64,000 nt of DNA from an uncultured Chthonomonadaceae bacterium (GCA_963817895.1 CAWFQB010000002.1:192001-256000), one strand, 5' to 3'; shown: positions 19,753 through 33,834, counted from the first letter of the stretch. Made by a program: numbers and translations. Notes: generated from the letters alone by a model not told the origin.

Positions 19753-20027
19753 TTCAAATAAGCCTTGATAACATCTATGATTTCTTCGACCGCTTCAGCC
19801 TGTTCCGCTGTGGGAGGCCGTTCCGGGTCAACAACGTGCAGCCGAATATGCCCCTCCATCACTTCTGCCATCAGGCCGTTAATGGCCCCACGACAGGCGG
19901 CAATGCTTTGCAGGATTTGCGCCGGGTCTTTCTCTTGGTCGAGCGCCTTTTCAACTCCTTCCATCTGCCCCCGAATGCGGCGCACCCGGTCGAGGAGTTT
20001 CTTTTTGTCTCGAATGGTATGGCTCAT
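19749..20027 (-). CDS. RcnR/DmeR/FrmR family metal-sensing repressor
   Basis: MSH..., RVRRIRGQ, AACRGAING, EGHIRLHV (His3/Cys/His/His pattern). Confidence 0.9.
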   Translation of the reverse strand: MSHTIRDKKKLLDRVRRIRGQMEGVEKALDQEKDPAQILQSIAACRGAINGLMAEVMEGHIRLHVVDPERPPTAEQAEAVEEIIDVIKAYLK

Positions 20028-20063
20028 GTTGTCACCTTCCCGATATTTCGCTTGTTCTCGCGC

Positions 20064-20089
20064 GTATACTATACCCCATTAGAGTATAC
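20064..20089. promoter_or_regulatory. RcnR/CsoR-type operator
   Basis: GTATACT...CCCC...AGTATAC inverted repeat flanking a C/G tract upstream of the repressor. Confidence 0.6.
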
Positions 20090-20299
20090 CGACGACGAAA
20101 ATGTTTCCTCATTATGGCAGCGGGCGGAGTACCTTAAAAGCACGTTCGCGCGTGACTTCCTCAAAGCCGCATGACCTGTTGGCGGAATATCAGACCGGGC
20201 GGCTGAGGAACGACATTGACAACAAGTTCCATTCATAGGCAGCAAGCCTTCGCCAACTTTTCGGATATGTGTACAAAGATTCATTTCCGAAGGTTCGGC

Positions 20300-20483
20300 T
20301 TAGATCAGCGTGTCGGGAATCATAATTTCCAGTTTGGTCTTGACGATCTGCTCATAGCGTCCGGGATGGACGCTGACAGCGCACCTCGGAAAGCGTAATG
20401 CCCGGCAGCCCTTCGATCTCATGCAGCGCGTTCAGAACGTTATCCAGCATGAACGGCTGAATGATGGCTTTGACTTCCTTCAT
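20300..20483 (-). pseudogene. Frameshifted, truncated P-II-like protein downstream of czcA
   Basis: MKEVKAIIQPFMLDNVLNALHEIEGLPGITLSEVR, then in a shifted frame ...KTKLEIMIPDTLI-stop. Confidence 0.75.
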
Positions 20484-20536
20484 CGGTGTTCTTCGCACAG
20501 ACCCAGGCGAGAATATTCCTCGCCTGGGTCTGCAAG

Positions 20537-23637
<3,101 letters not shown>

Positions 23638-23640
23638 GGC

Positions 23641-25427
23641 TCAGTCATCCCCTTTCAGTTTGTCTTTGTTGGCTTCGCTTTTCAGGACAAACATGCCTTC
23701 CGTGACAACGCGCTCACCGGCTTTGAGGCTTCCGATGATTTCCGCCTGTGTATCGGTGACGCGCCCAACCTGCACCTTGCGTCGCTCGTACTTGCCATTC
23801 TCCTCCACGTACACGAACCTGTCCGCGCCATCTTCTTCCAGGGCGGAGACCGGCACGGTGAGGGCGTTCGTGCGCGTACCAACGCCGAGCGTGACGCGGG
23901 CGAACATCTCCGGGCGAAGCAGCCCGCTGCGGTTTTCGACCAAACACCGCACAGCAAGCGCGCGGGTCTTTTCGTCTACCCGGCCTGCAATGCTCTGCAC
24001 TGTTCCGGGGAAGTGCTGCTTGGGATAGGCCGGAACCGTCACCTCCACAGGCTGCCCCACCCGGATGCGCGCAACGCTCGCTTCGGCAACATTGGCGTTG
24101 ACCGTTACGGTGTTCAGGTTCTCGATGACAAGAAGGGCCGTCGTGCGCTCCACAGCCTCGCCGGTTGTTGCGGCGCGCTCCGTAACAACCCCGCTGATAG
24201 GAGCCGAAACGGTGATCAGACCGCCATTTCCCTCCGTATGCCCACTTCCTTCCAGGGCGTAAAGATTGGTGCGGGCGGTTCGCAACGTATCTTCCGCGCC
24301 TCGCAAAGTGGTTCGGGCCGCCTGCTCGCCTTTTTGTGCGCGGCGAACGTCCTGCTGTGCCCGCAGCACTCCCTGTCGGGCTTTCTGCACCTCGCCCTGC
24401 GCGGCGCGCACGTCGGCTTCTGCGGTCTGCACTTCGCGCGCGTTCAGCAAACCGCCCTGAAAAACGGTCTGTTCGCGTTGCAGCGCTTGTTTGGCAATGG
24501 CGACACGCTCCTGAATCCGGTTCACCGTGATCTGGTTCTGTTTTTGTTCCAGTTGTGCCGCTTCGTAATCGTTGCGCGACACCAATTCTTCTTTGAACAG
24601 CCGCTCGGTGCGCTGCAACTGCGCCGCGCGGGTTTGCAGTTGCGCTTGCGCCTGTTGTAGTTCGGATTGGGCAGCGGTCACCTCGGTCTGAGCGGCTTGT
24701 AGCGGGACTTGTGAGAAGGCTCCCGCCTGAGCCAGTTTACGCTGGCGCTGCAACACGGTTTCCGCGCTGGCTTGCCGGGTGCGCGCCTGCTCCACTTCGC
24801 CCTGCGCCTGCTGGACGCTTGCTTGGTACTGTGATACCTCCGCCTGCGCGGTTTGTATCCCGGAGCGCGCCTGCTGTATGCCGGATTCGGCCTGGCGCAC
24901 GGCAGCATGGGCCTGTGCCACCTCATAACTATCCAGAACGACGAGCGGCTGTCCGGCGCGCACCGTATCGCCAAGATTGACCAGCAGGCGCATCACCTTG
25001 CCGGGCGTGGGCGGCGTAATCTTCGCGCCCCGATTGGGACTGAGTTCGACGGTGCCGGGAACGGTCAGCCCTTCGCCGATGGACGCAAGACGCGCTGCCA
25101 CCACGCGAATGCCAGCAGTTTTGGCGGCTTCCTCGCTCAAGGAAATGGAGCCGGAAGCGTCGCTTTCTGCTTTGGCTTCTTTGGGTGCGTCCTGAGCCGG
25201 GCTTGTGGCGGCGGGGGCGATGGATGAAGGCGCGGCATTACAAACGACGTAGCCACAACGCCGAGCAGAATGCCGCCAATGATAAGCGGCAAGCCCGATT
25301 TGCGCGGTGAGGCGGCCTGGCGCCTGCCAGAGATCGGAACACTTGCCGCAGTCCCATGCGTGGTTCTAGGTACAGGTGGCGGTATATGTTCGGTTGTGTT
25401 GTGTGTGGTTTCGGGCAAAGGATTCAT
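23641..25427 (-). pseudogene. czcB: CzcB-like RND membrane fusion protein with long coiled coil; frameshift near 25140-25200
   Basis: N-terminal TM anchor in ORF 25137-25427; lipoyl/hairpin and LRPEMFA beta-barrel in 23641-25140. Confidence 0.82.
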
Positions 25428-25429
25428 GT

Positions 25430-26699
25430 TTACCTCCGGGGCGCGGGCAGCAACGAAGCAGGAACCGCACCCGCCGCGCGCTCCAACTCGGCGCGCGCCT
25501 GGGCCTGGTTTGCCAGAGCGTTGATGTAGTCGGTTTGCACGGCGCGATATGTGCGCTGCGCTTCCAAAATGGTGAGGACGCTGGTTCCCGCCGCGCCTTC
25601 CTGAAACGCCCTGCGGCTGCCTTCCAGCAGGCGGCGTGACTGGTCGAGGATGCCCTGTTGGTAGTTCAGCGCCACGGTTTGAGCTGCGCGCAGGCGGGCA
25701 ATGGCCTGAGTCACTTCCTGCTGCACCTGGTTCTGGGTTGCGGTAATGCGGTCCGTCTGCGCGCGGGCAGATTCTTCGGCCTGGCGGATGCGGTTGCGGC
25801 GATTGCCGTAGTCAAAGATGGGCAGCGAAATGCCTAGTCCCACGCCGAAGCCGTTGCCCGTGTCGCCGCTCGGCGTCCCTCGTACCAGGCTGCCGAAGCG
25901 GATTTGGGGCGCGAGGTCAGGGCGGCCCTCGGCACGGGCAAGGCGCGCTTCCTGCAAGAAGGTGTCGCGGCTGGCAGTCACACTGGCAATCTCGGCCCGG
26001 TTTTGCAAGGACTGCTGCACAAGAGCCGCATCAGTGAGCGTTTCCGTAGCCGAAGGCAGTGGGGTGAGCGGGCCAATGGGAGTGTCTGCGGGTCTTCCCA
26101 AGAAGGTGTTCAGAGCAGAAATTGCAGCCGTCACCTGGGCATCTGCAAGGGTCACCTGCTGCTGCGCGCGCCCCACTTCAATGCCGGTCTGTGCCAGATC
26201 AATGCCGGGCCGCCTGCCCGCCTTCCACTAGGAGGCGCGTCACGCGGTCGAACTCCTGCGCGTTTTTCAGCACCTCCTGCGCCAGGGTTTGCAGTTCCCG
26301 CGCCTGTTCCAGTTGGTAGTAGGCGGACTTGGTAGCCGACACGAGACCCCGCAGTTCAACAACCGCCTCGGCCTGGGTGACGCGCAACTGCGCCCCGGCA
26401 ACGCCTGTGCGCGCGGAGCGAGTTCCATTGAGTTCCAATGGCTGGGACAACAACAGTTCGTCGCCGGAACCGGAAATACTTGTCAGTCCTGGCGCGAAGA
26501 TGAAGTTGGGGTTGGTAAGCGCGCGTGCCGAACGGACGCCAGACTGTCCCGCCACGACATCTCGCGTGGCAGCCGACAGGCGTGGGTTGTTCTTGACCGC
26601 CAGCGTCACCGCATCGTCTGCGGTGAGGGGCGGGGATATGGTCTGTGCCGTGATAACACCCGGCACAAGCAAAAGCAAACAGGGAAGAATGAAACGCAC
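25430..26699 (-). pseudogene. czcC: CzcC/TolC outer membrane factor; frameshift near 26200
   Basis: Signal peptide, NNPRL, SQPLELNG, ISLPIFDYGNR, LEAQRTY in two frames. Confidence 0.85.
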
Positions 26700-26707
26700 G
26701 AAATCCT

Positions 26708-26737
26708 CCTGACAGACCCGATGGGCCGGATGTCAGG
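26708..26737 (-). promoter_or_regulatory. Hairpin overlapping the czcC Shine-Dalgarno
   Basis: Minus strand CCTGACA...TGTCAGG-AGGATTTC-GTG; the 3' arm contains half of AGGAGG. Confidence 0.5.
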
Positions 26738-26800
26738 CAGGCGTAAAGAAGGAATGGCACAATGCGCTGACGAACCCGGCTCGAAAATAAATTGGGTAGG

Positions 26801-27253
26801 TCAGGCGATAGGAGGAGCGCGTAGGGAAAGATTGCGGAAATTCAGAGGAGCGCGAGGCGGGCCGCGTGTCTCAATGTGAAGGAGAACAGTCTCGGATGCA
26901 GGCGGGGCCGCATACGTGATGGTGGGCAGAACAGGGAGAATGGCAATCGCAAGCGAGGGAACGATATGGGAAGGCACTGCGGCATCATGTGAGGTCGCCG
27001 CTTTGACGTTCAACGTACATTTACAGCCAGCGCCACACCCATCTGCTTTGCGGGCGTTGGTGGTATTCGTGGAGCGTACACGGCATTTTAAATCTTGCTG
27101 ACGGATAGGAGCCTGACAGCAACAAACAGCGGCAGTGCTGCATACGCGCCCGTCGCAAATCCAAGCCATTGCCTCCCCACTTGATAACAGCGAGGTTAGC
27201 AAAATCAGGCAGGCCAGTATTCGGGTGAAGATGTTTCGTACCATCCTGAGCAT
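26801..27253 (-). CDS. Exported Cys-rich leader protein ending in RGPP...RAPP (DUF2946/CzcI-like)
   Basis: Signal peptide; nine Cys after it; C-terminus TRGPPRAPLNFRNLSLRAPPIA. Confidence 0.7.
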   Translation of the reverse strand: MLRMVRNIFTRILACLILLTSLLSSGEAMAWICDGRVCSTAAVCCCQAPIRQQDLKCRVRSTNTTNARKADGCGAGCKCTLNVKAATSHDAAVPSHIVPSLAIAILPVLPTITYAAPPASETVLLHIETRGPPRAPLNFRNLSLRAPPIA

Positions 27254-27315
27254 TATACCACAATATTATGACACATCAAAGAATATCGGTTTCATTTAGC
27301 AAGACTGATGAGGAG

Positions 27316-28563
27316 TTATGGGATTGGTAGTTGGAAATCTCTAGCCTCAAGCAATAGTTGGGCAATAGTATCCATTTCCTTCTCAGCAGCGACATGCCAG
27401 GGCGTCATTTGCCAGGGATCAAGCAACATTGCGGCAGACATGTCTTGTTGCAGTATCGCCTTTAGTCTTTCCACATCACCATCCAGTACGGCTCGAAACA
27501 CCGGTATGGCACGCCGCGACGCAGTTGTAAGCGAACGCACTATTGGAGATGATATGGCTTCCTGGTAGGTGATGGCGTCCCCATGAGCCAAATCCTTGAG
27601 GGCCAACTCCAATGGTGTACTTCCATTGGAATCTCGTGCTGAGATGTCAGCGCCCGCTGTGAGCAAAATGTCAATGATTTGCTCCCGCCGCTTGATGCGT
27701 TCATCCTCATCCGACTTGTCGCCACCAATTGGTGGCACCCCCAAATCAACGCCATACCATTTTCCATTATCCCAGCCAATGTTTGAGGCAGCCAAGTGCA
27801 ACGGTGCGCGCGATAGACTATCCTGAGCATTAACCCACGCACCTGCATCAATCAATGCCTGAACAGTTGACGGACTATAACTAAGTGCCGCATTATGCAA
27901 CGGAGTTTCTTCAAAGAAGCATCTAGCCGCGAGATTGGCTCCATATCCAATCAAACATTCTACAATCTCCGAATGGCCTGTTGTTGCTGCCAGGCTAAGA
28001 GCAGTCTTGTAACCCTGCTTGGTTTGCTCAGTGCGCGCACCCATCTCAAGGAGGACGCGCACCACTTCTACTCGTTTGTTAAAAATCGCGACCAGAAGCG
28101 GTGTCGGATAAACACTATCATTGGCTACGGAATTGACCAACTCAGGTTGTTGTTGAAGCAGTTGTCTAAGGATTTCGACTTTACCCAACCCTGCGGCTTG
28201 ATATACGGCCTCGATCTCTCTTTGTTGACGTGCCGCAGTCTCTCTTATAGTCCGCATCTGTGTGGATGCCGCTTCTTCTGCGCCTGCTAGGACGCCCGTT
28301 ATTTCTGTGTTGCCATGATACACTCTAGCCCAATACCAGGGGGCATATCCACGTCTATCGCAGGCGTACACATCTGCTCCTCTCGATAATAGTAATCTTG
28401 CTATATCCGCGTGTCCGCCTGCCGCTGCCCAATGGAGTGCTGTCCAACCGTCGTTTCCGGGCCGATTGAGGCATTCAGCATCTTCAATCAGCAGGCGCTC
28501 CACTTCCGCCACGTCGCCCTGCTCGGCTGCACGATAGATAGTCTTCTCGTCAAATATACCCAT
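27316..28563 (-). CDS. Ankyrin repeat protein
   Basis: Multiple TALHWAA / TPLHNAA / TPWHVAA repeats. Confidence 0.9.
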   Translation of the reverse strand: MGIFDEKTIYRAAEQGDVAEVERLLIEDAECLNRPGNDGWTALHWAAAGGHADIARLLLSRGADVYACDRRGYAPWYWARVYHGNTEITGVLAGAEEAASTQMRTIRETAARQQREIEAVYQAAGLGKVEILRQLLQQQPELVNSVANDSVYPTPLLVAIFNKRVEVVRVLLEMGARTEQTKQGYKTALSLAATTGHSEIVECLIGYGANLAARCFFEETPLHNAALSYSPSTVQALIDAGAWVNAQDSLSRAPLHLAASNIGWDNGKWYGVDLGVPPIGGDKSDEDERIKRREQIIDILLTAGADISARDSNGSTPLELALKDLAHGDAITYQEAISSPIVRSLTTASRRAIPVFRAVLDGDVERLKAILQQDMSAAMLLDPWQMTPWHVAAEKEMDTIAQLLLEARDFQLPIP

Positions 28564-28694
28564 GCCTCTCCTCCAATACCGGTCGTCGTGAAGCAAACAT
28601 TTTCACTTAAAAATATACCATGTTTTCACTTGTAAACCTATTGAGGACTACAAACTTGCGATAATGGTACACTCCCTTTGAATGGATTGTGCTA

Positions 28695-28979
28695 ATGCCG
28701 CGTGGTGCTCCCAGATTACGTGCAGGTGATGGAAAAAAGAACCAAGTGGGTTTGCGTGTGCGGCAACGCCGGGTGGAACTGCAACTCACTCAAGACGCCG
28801 TAAGCGCACATTTGGCGACGGCAACCGATGGAGAGTGGAGCCCCACTTTGCAAGAGATACTACACATCGAAAATGGCAGCCGTATCGTATCCGATGTTGA
28901 AGTGGTTGCTCTGGCACGCGCATTAGAGTGTGATGCGTGCTGGCTCCTGGTAGGGAATAGAGATGAGACAAACGCTTGA
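28695..28979 (+). CDS. XRE family HTH regulator
   Basis: VGLRVRQRRVELQLTQ...ILHIENGSR...ALARALE. Confidence 0.8.
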   Translation: MPRGAPRLRAGDGKKNQVGLRVRQRRVELQLTQDAVSAHLATATDGEWSPTLQEILHIENGSRIVSDVEVVALARALECDACWLLVGNRDETNA

Positions 28980-29021
28980 TTGCCCGTATGAAATGTTTTT
29001 CATACGGGCAATCAAGCGTTT
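28970..29021. repeat. 24-bp perfect inverted repeat (terminator or origin-associated)
   Basis: AAACGCTTGATTGCCCGTATGAAA-tgtt-TTTCATACGGGCAATCAAGCGTTT. Confidence 0.8.
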
Positions 29022-29233
29022 AATGAAGTATTAACCACCTTAAACTTGCCGCTCCTGCTCGAAGCAAATTATTTTCTCTATTTAATCGATTGCAAAATCC
29101 ATTATGGAAAGCGACATTCCACATTGTTGATCCACTTTCACAGGTGTACTTACTGGTTTCCACAGCATCCTTACGGGATTTTGCAACGAGCAGGTAATCC
29201 TACGATGAGGCCGAGGTTGGCACGAGCCGAAGA

Positions 29234-31261
29234 TTGATTTACCTCATATTTTTGAGGCCAATTACAATCTCATCTCTAGGAAATATGTCGATGAACATGT
29301 CCGCCGAATTTGATCAGAACATCTTTACCTGCCACACCATGCCGCTCGCGGGCTATCTTGAATCAGAAGGCTACGCGGAGATCGCTCCTAAAAAGAAGGT
29401 AAACGCTGCTGACTATGAGCGTTTGGTGCCGACGACAACCACCATCGCACGCGCAATGTTTTCAGCGCTTCCTCAGCGGGATAGGTGGGGGCGGCAGGTA
29501 CAGGGAAGGACAGGAGGGCAGTGGGTGACAGAGGTTAGAGGCCAATGGTATCCGGCGCGCAATGGCTCAAAGCGTCCCGGCAAATCCCTGACGGCTCACG
29601 ACCTTCTGCGCTCCCTTGCCCGCCCCAACGTGTTTGCGTTCGGGCGCACCGATGCCCATGTTGAGGAAGTTGAGTTTCCTCGGTTCCGGGCTGAGGAGTT
29701 TCACACTACCTCTGTGGACTGTCTTTGTCTCGATGTGGATATGGATTTTGCCTGGGAGCGGCAGGATGCTGGAATGATACATCACGAGATCGCCCGTGAG
29801 CATGAGATCGCTCGCGCGCTTGGTCTGTTCTATCGCGTTTTCAGGACAGGGAGCAGAGGGCATCAGGTGGTAATACCGCTCCCTGCCGCTATTGATCGTA
29901 GTGTTGCGACATGGCTGTTGTATGGGTTCGTGAGTCTTCTCGAACAGTATCATCTGCGGGACACGGCAGAGAATAGTAACCATCTGCTTGCCAAAGCCGA
30001 TGTCTCTAATCTGGAAAAGATCATTCGAATCGCCGGAGGAAGACACATCAGGACGGGCAGGCTTGCCCTATGGATTGATCCCGGCACGGGACACCTGCAT
30101 GACCTGGCGCAACAAAGCGAGTTGATGCGCCGAGGGTATCAGCATCCGGGAAATGGGGCATTCGCGCGCGAGGATTATATTGAGGCCGCCGAGGAAATTG
30201 CGGCTTATCTTGAGTCTCAGATGGTGTTTCGTCACGAATGTCCTAAGATGCCTTTTCGCACAAACATGTTCCATGTGGTAGTGAAAGCGTTACCGACCAA
30301 TCTACTCGTTGAACGCTTCTTGGCTGCACAGGACGAATGGGGGCTATCTGCGACCTCAGCGCGTTTGTCAAAGGTGAGTACGCCCAAAGTTGACACCACC
30401 CATGTGGAAAACCAAACGGACGCCAGTGAATGGCAGTCGGCACCGGAGGGCATACAACAATGGGCAACCCGTGTTTGGGCCATGCAGTGGGGTGAAGGAA
30501 CATTTTGGTCTTGGGTAAATGAGGGAGGAGAGCGGGCCATCACTGCCGCCAAAGTTTTATTCGGCGATCAGGCGCTCAGAAAACTGATCGAGCGCACGTA
30601 TGCTGCGCCGCATGTTACGCCGGAGGAACCGAACGAATGGCGCAGGGTTATCAATGCGCTTTACCATCGGCATGAAATGTTGGGATATAAAGCGCGGCTG
30701 AATCCCAACACCGTGTTTGGACATCTTTCGGATGAGGATGTAGCGTTGATTCCGATGATAACGGACGCGCTAAATACGCATAAAAAAATCCAAACGCGCA
30801 ACCGGGAGGACATCGAACACATCATCTACATCTTGCTGCTGGCGTTCAAGCAGTCTGTCGAAGGCTATATTGATCTTTCACAGGAGGCTATCCGAGATTC
30901 CATCCGTACCCGATGGCCTGATGCTGACGTGGATGTTTCCACAATTTGGCGACACCTGCGCCGTCTCAAAGAGGGCGACTCCGCTTGCGGCTTTTCCCTT
31001 TTACAATCAATCCGTGTGGATCGTTCAGGGCAAAACTATGCGGCACGGTACCGGCCTGGCGCAGACCTGCGCAAAACACCGTTCGGCGCGACACTGCCTG
31101 TTGACGCTTGCGAGGATGCTCCAGAGCGTACGTCTGGCCCATTAGAGATGGAGGTTATATCTCGTGTCACAGGCAAAATCGAAACCGTTGATCTCTCTCC
31201 TAAACAAAGAGGACGCAAACCAACGCAACAATATCAAGAGGAACACACAGTAATAAGATAA
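29234..31261 (+). CDS. Putative AEP-superfamily primase/replication initiator with C-terminal HTH (true start probably 29285-29297)
   Basis: LCLDVD, FRTGSRGHQV, IIRIAGGRHIRTG resemble AEP motifs; STIWRHLRRL HTH-like segment. Confidence 0.55.
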   Translation: MIYLIFLRPITISSLGNMSMNMSAEFDQNIFTCHTMPLAGYLESEGYAEIAPKKKVNAADYERLVPTTTTIARAMFSALPQRDRWGRQVQGRTGGQWVTEVRGQWYPARNGSKRPGKSLTAHDLLRSLARPNVFAFGRTDAHVEEVEFPRFRAEEFHTTSVDCLCLDVDMDFAWERQDAGMIHHEIAREHEIARALGLFYRVFRTGSRGHQVVIPLPAAIDRSVATWLLYGFVSLLEQYHLRDTAENSNHLLAKADVSNLEKIIRIAGGRHIRTGRLALWIDPGTGHLHDLAQQSELMRRGYQHPGNGAFAREDYIEAAEEIAAYLESQMVFRHECPKMPFRTNMFHVVVKALPTNLLVERFLAAQDEWGLSATSARLSKVSTPKVDTTHVENQTDASEWQSAPEGIQQWATRVWAMQWGEGTFWSWVNEGGERAITAAKVLFGDQALRKLIERTYAAPHVTPEEPNEWRRVINALYHRHEMLGYKARLNPNTVFGHLSDEDVALIPMITDALNTHKKIQTRNREDIEHIIYILLLAFKQSVEGYIDLSQEAIRDSIRTRWPDADVDVSTIWRHLRRLKEGDSACGFSLLQSIRVDRSGQNYAARYRPGADLRKTPFGATLPVDACEDAPERTSGPLEMEVISRVTGKIETVDLSPKQRGRKPTQQYQEEHTVIR

Positions 31262-31514
31262 TTCAGTTTTTAGGGATGAACACATCCAGGCATCGAGCCA
31301 CGAGTTGGAGGCCAGACAATGCCGACACTCCTATGGTTGCTCCTCCCATTTTGATGGAGAGCCATTATTTCGGGGGAAGGCCAGTATACAACGTAATCGC
31401 CGTCGAGTATACCATACGCCAATGTGCCACAACCATTGCAGCCTCTCTCGTGAATGAGAGGGAGTTCGCCCGCTCTCTAACCCTGCGTGTGCGATTGGCA
31501 GATGACAGCCATGT

Positions 31515-33326
31515 TCAGGATTTGCCTGACGCATCAATTGGGAATGTGACAACAACACGCCCACCACCCCGATCTCGATTCTCGTACACGACATCCCCGC
31601 ACAAGTCCCATCGCGCCGTGCTGTCAATGAGTTCCAAGCCTGTATTTGCGGCTTTGCGTGGGTCGAAGCCAGCAGGGAAGCCGTCGCCATCGTCGCATAC
31701 TTCCAGACGCGCGGTGCCTCCCTCAACCTCAAGGGTAATCTCCACTTCTCCCTTTGCGTGTTTGATGGCATTGCTGACGCACTCGCTGACCAGCAGGGAT
31801 AGCGCGGTGGCTTTCTGCACGGAAAGTGGTATGTCCGCGATGTCGGCTTTGATACGCCTGTCACCGCTTGTTGCCTGCAACATGGGGATCAGGTGTTGCA
31901 GAACGTCTTCGGCGCTGACAATGGAGGTGCTGGCATCCCGCTTTGCCTGCTGCGTCAGCAAGTCATGGATCGTGGCGAGCGAGCGGATGTGCTGCTTGAT
32001 GCGTTGCACCGCCGAAACATTCCCCAACTCGTCGGCCTGCATTTCCACAAGGGCTGCGATCACTTGCAGGTTGTTCTTGACCCGGTGATGGGTCTCCTGC
32101 ATGGCGCGGGCAAGGCGGATATTCAAGCCCTCTATCTCGGATTGGTGGCGGCGCAGGGCTTCTTCAGTCTCTCTCTGCTCGGTAATGTCCGTATTCGTTC
32201 CGAACCAGAGAGTGACATTCCCGGCTTCATCCAGGATAGGAAAAGCACGGGACAAGAACCATCGCCAGTCGCCGTCCTTGCTGCGCAGCGGAAAGGTGTC
32301 TTCCCATTCCCGCCTCGCACCCAGGTGTTCCGTCCACCGTTTCGTAACCGGGGCAATGTAGTCGGGGTGATGGACACCTTGCCATCCCCAACCCTGCATT
32401 TCCTCAAGGGTGGTTCCAGTGTAATCGTACCAGCGGCGGTTGTACCAGAAAATCCAGCCTGTGCCGTCTGCCATCCATGCCAGTTGTACAATGTTGTCCG
32501 CTAGGGCACGAAAGCGCGTTTCGCTTTCGCGCAGGGCATCCTCCGCCTTCTGGCGCTCGGTGAGATCGGCAAACGTGACACTGAAACCATCCTCCGCCTG
32601 TACTGCCATAAGGCGGATATAAACGTGAACCTCCTCGTGGTCGTAGCGCAACGCCTGGGTGTAGGGTTCTCCTGTTTCAACGACGCGCACATAGGCGTCG
32701 AACAGCCCTTCCTCGCGGTTGCCCGGCATTTCCTCCAGCAGCAGGCGTCCAACGAACCATTCACGCGGGCGGCCTATGATTCGGGCGGCGGCCTCATTTG
32801 CGTATGTCCAGCGAAAGTCTACGACAGCGCCGACCTCGTTGCGAACGGCTGTGAGTGTCATAAATCCGTCCAAACTTGCATCCTGCGTGGTGCGGTAGCG
32901 AGCCTCGCTCTGACGCAAAGCGCCTTCGGCTTGCCGGTGCGCGGTGAGGTCGCGGAAGATTTTGAGGTAGCCGTGCAGTTCCCCATCCAAGACAGGAAAG
33001 ACCAAGCCGCTGCCCCAAAAGCGGCTGCCGTCCTTGCGAAGATGCCAGCGTTCGTCCTCGGCGCGACCCTGCTCACGGGCAGTGCGAAACTCTTTGTCAG
33101 GAGCGCCTGCGTCCCGATCTTCGGGCGTGAAAAAGACGGCGGCATTCTGCCCGACAATTTCTGCTTCTTGCCAGCCCAGCACGTTCTCCGCCCCGGTATT
33201 CCACAGGACAATGCGCCCTTCGGTGTCCATCATAACAATAGCATAGTCGCGGGCGTTTTCAATGAGGAGTTGCAGCGTTTTGGCTTGGTAGGGCATGGTG
33301 TGGTAAGGGTTCTTTTCTTCGGGCAT
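31515..33326 (-). CDS. Soluble multi-PAS histidine kinase (HisKA_2 type)
   Basis: Three PAS/PAC domains; ETHHRVKNNLQ; NAIKHA; DDGDG. Confidence 0.92.
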   Translation of the reverse strand: MPEEKNPYHTMPYQAKTLQLLIENARDYAIVMMDTEGRIVLWNTGAENVLGWQEAEIVGQNAAVFFTPEDRDAGAPDKEFRTAREQGRAEDERWHLRKDGSRFWGSGLVFPVLDGELHGYLKIFRDLTAHRQAEGALRQSEARYRTTQDASLDGFMTLTAVRNEVGAVVDFRWTYANEAAARIIGRPREWFVGRLLLEEMPGNREEGLFDAYVRVVETGEPYTQALRYDHEEVHVYIRLMAVQAEDGFSVTFADLTERQKAEDALRESETRFRALADNIVQLAWMADGTGWIFWYNRRWYDYTGTTLEEMQGWGWQGVHHPDYIAPVTKRWTEHLGARREWEDTFPLRSKDGDWRWFLSRAFPILDEAGNVTLWFGTNTDITEQRETEEALRRHQSEIEGLNIRLARAMQETHHRVKNNLQVIAALVEMQADELGNVSAVQRIKQHIRSLATIHDLLTQQAKRDASTSIVSAEDVLQHLIPMLQATSGDRRIKADIADIPLSVQKATALSLLVSECVSNAIKHAKGEVEITLEVEGGTARLEVCDDGDGFPAGFDPRKAANTGLELIDSTARWDLCGDVVYENRDRGGGRVVVTFPIDASGKS

Positions 33327-33490
33327 GACAAACAAACCTCCTCGCATAATTTATACGCTTGGAGGTCATTTTCATTTCCAGATTGTTCAGCCCCAATCCC
33401 GTGACGGCATTTACCTGCCTTCATCAGGAGATTGATTGTTGTCACAGATAAAATGCGGTACAAGAGTATCTTGGTAGTGCCTGTTGCAGA

Positions 33491-33519
33491 AGGGGCCGGG
33501 GAAATTTTCTCCGGCCCCT
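33491..33519. terminator. Hairpin downstream of 33541-33834
   Basis: AGGGGCCGGgGAAA-t-TTTCtCCGGCCCCT. Confidence 0.55.
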
Positions 33520-33540
33520 CATGCAACATGTAGCCACAGT

Positions 33541-33834
33541 TCAGTCGGCGTATTCCATTGCCCCACCCTTATCCCTAACCATTACGCTGCTGGTCGCTTC
33601 CGCTGTGGTGACGGCGAATGTGGAGCCATCCTCCATATCCAAGTCAAGCGTGGTGCCCGCCTGCCGTACAGCCTTTATCGTGCCACCGCTACTCGCGCTA
33701 TTAGATGATCCTGCTGTTTTGATGGTCATGTGTGAGCCATCCGTAAAAGTGATGGTCAGTTTGTTGTCTTGGTTTTGAGTGCCTGAGATTGTACGGCCCT
33801 TGATGACACTCGTGAGTTTGTGATTGGCTGCCAT
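33541..33834 (-). CDS. Hypothetical protein
   Basis: 97-aa ORF abutting the upstream stop codon, with GGAGG RBS. Confidence 0.65.
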   Translation of the reverse strand: MAANHKLTSVIKGRTISGTQNQDNKLTITFTDGSHMTIKTAGSSNSASSGGTIKAVRQAGTTLDLDMEDGSTFAVTTAEATSSVMVRDKGGAMEYAD

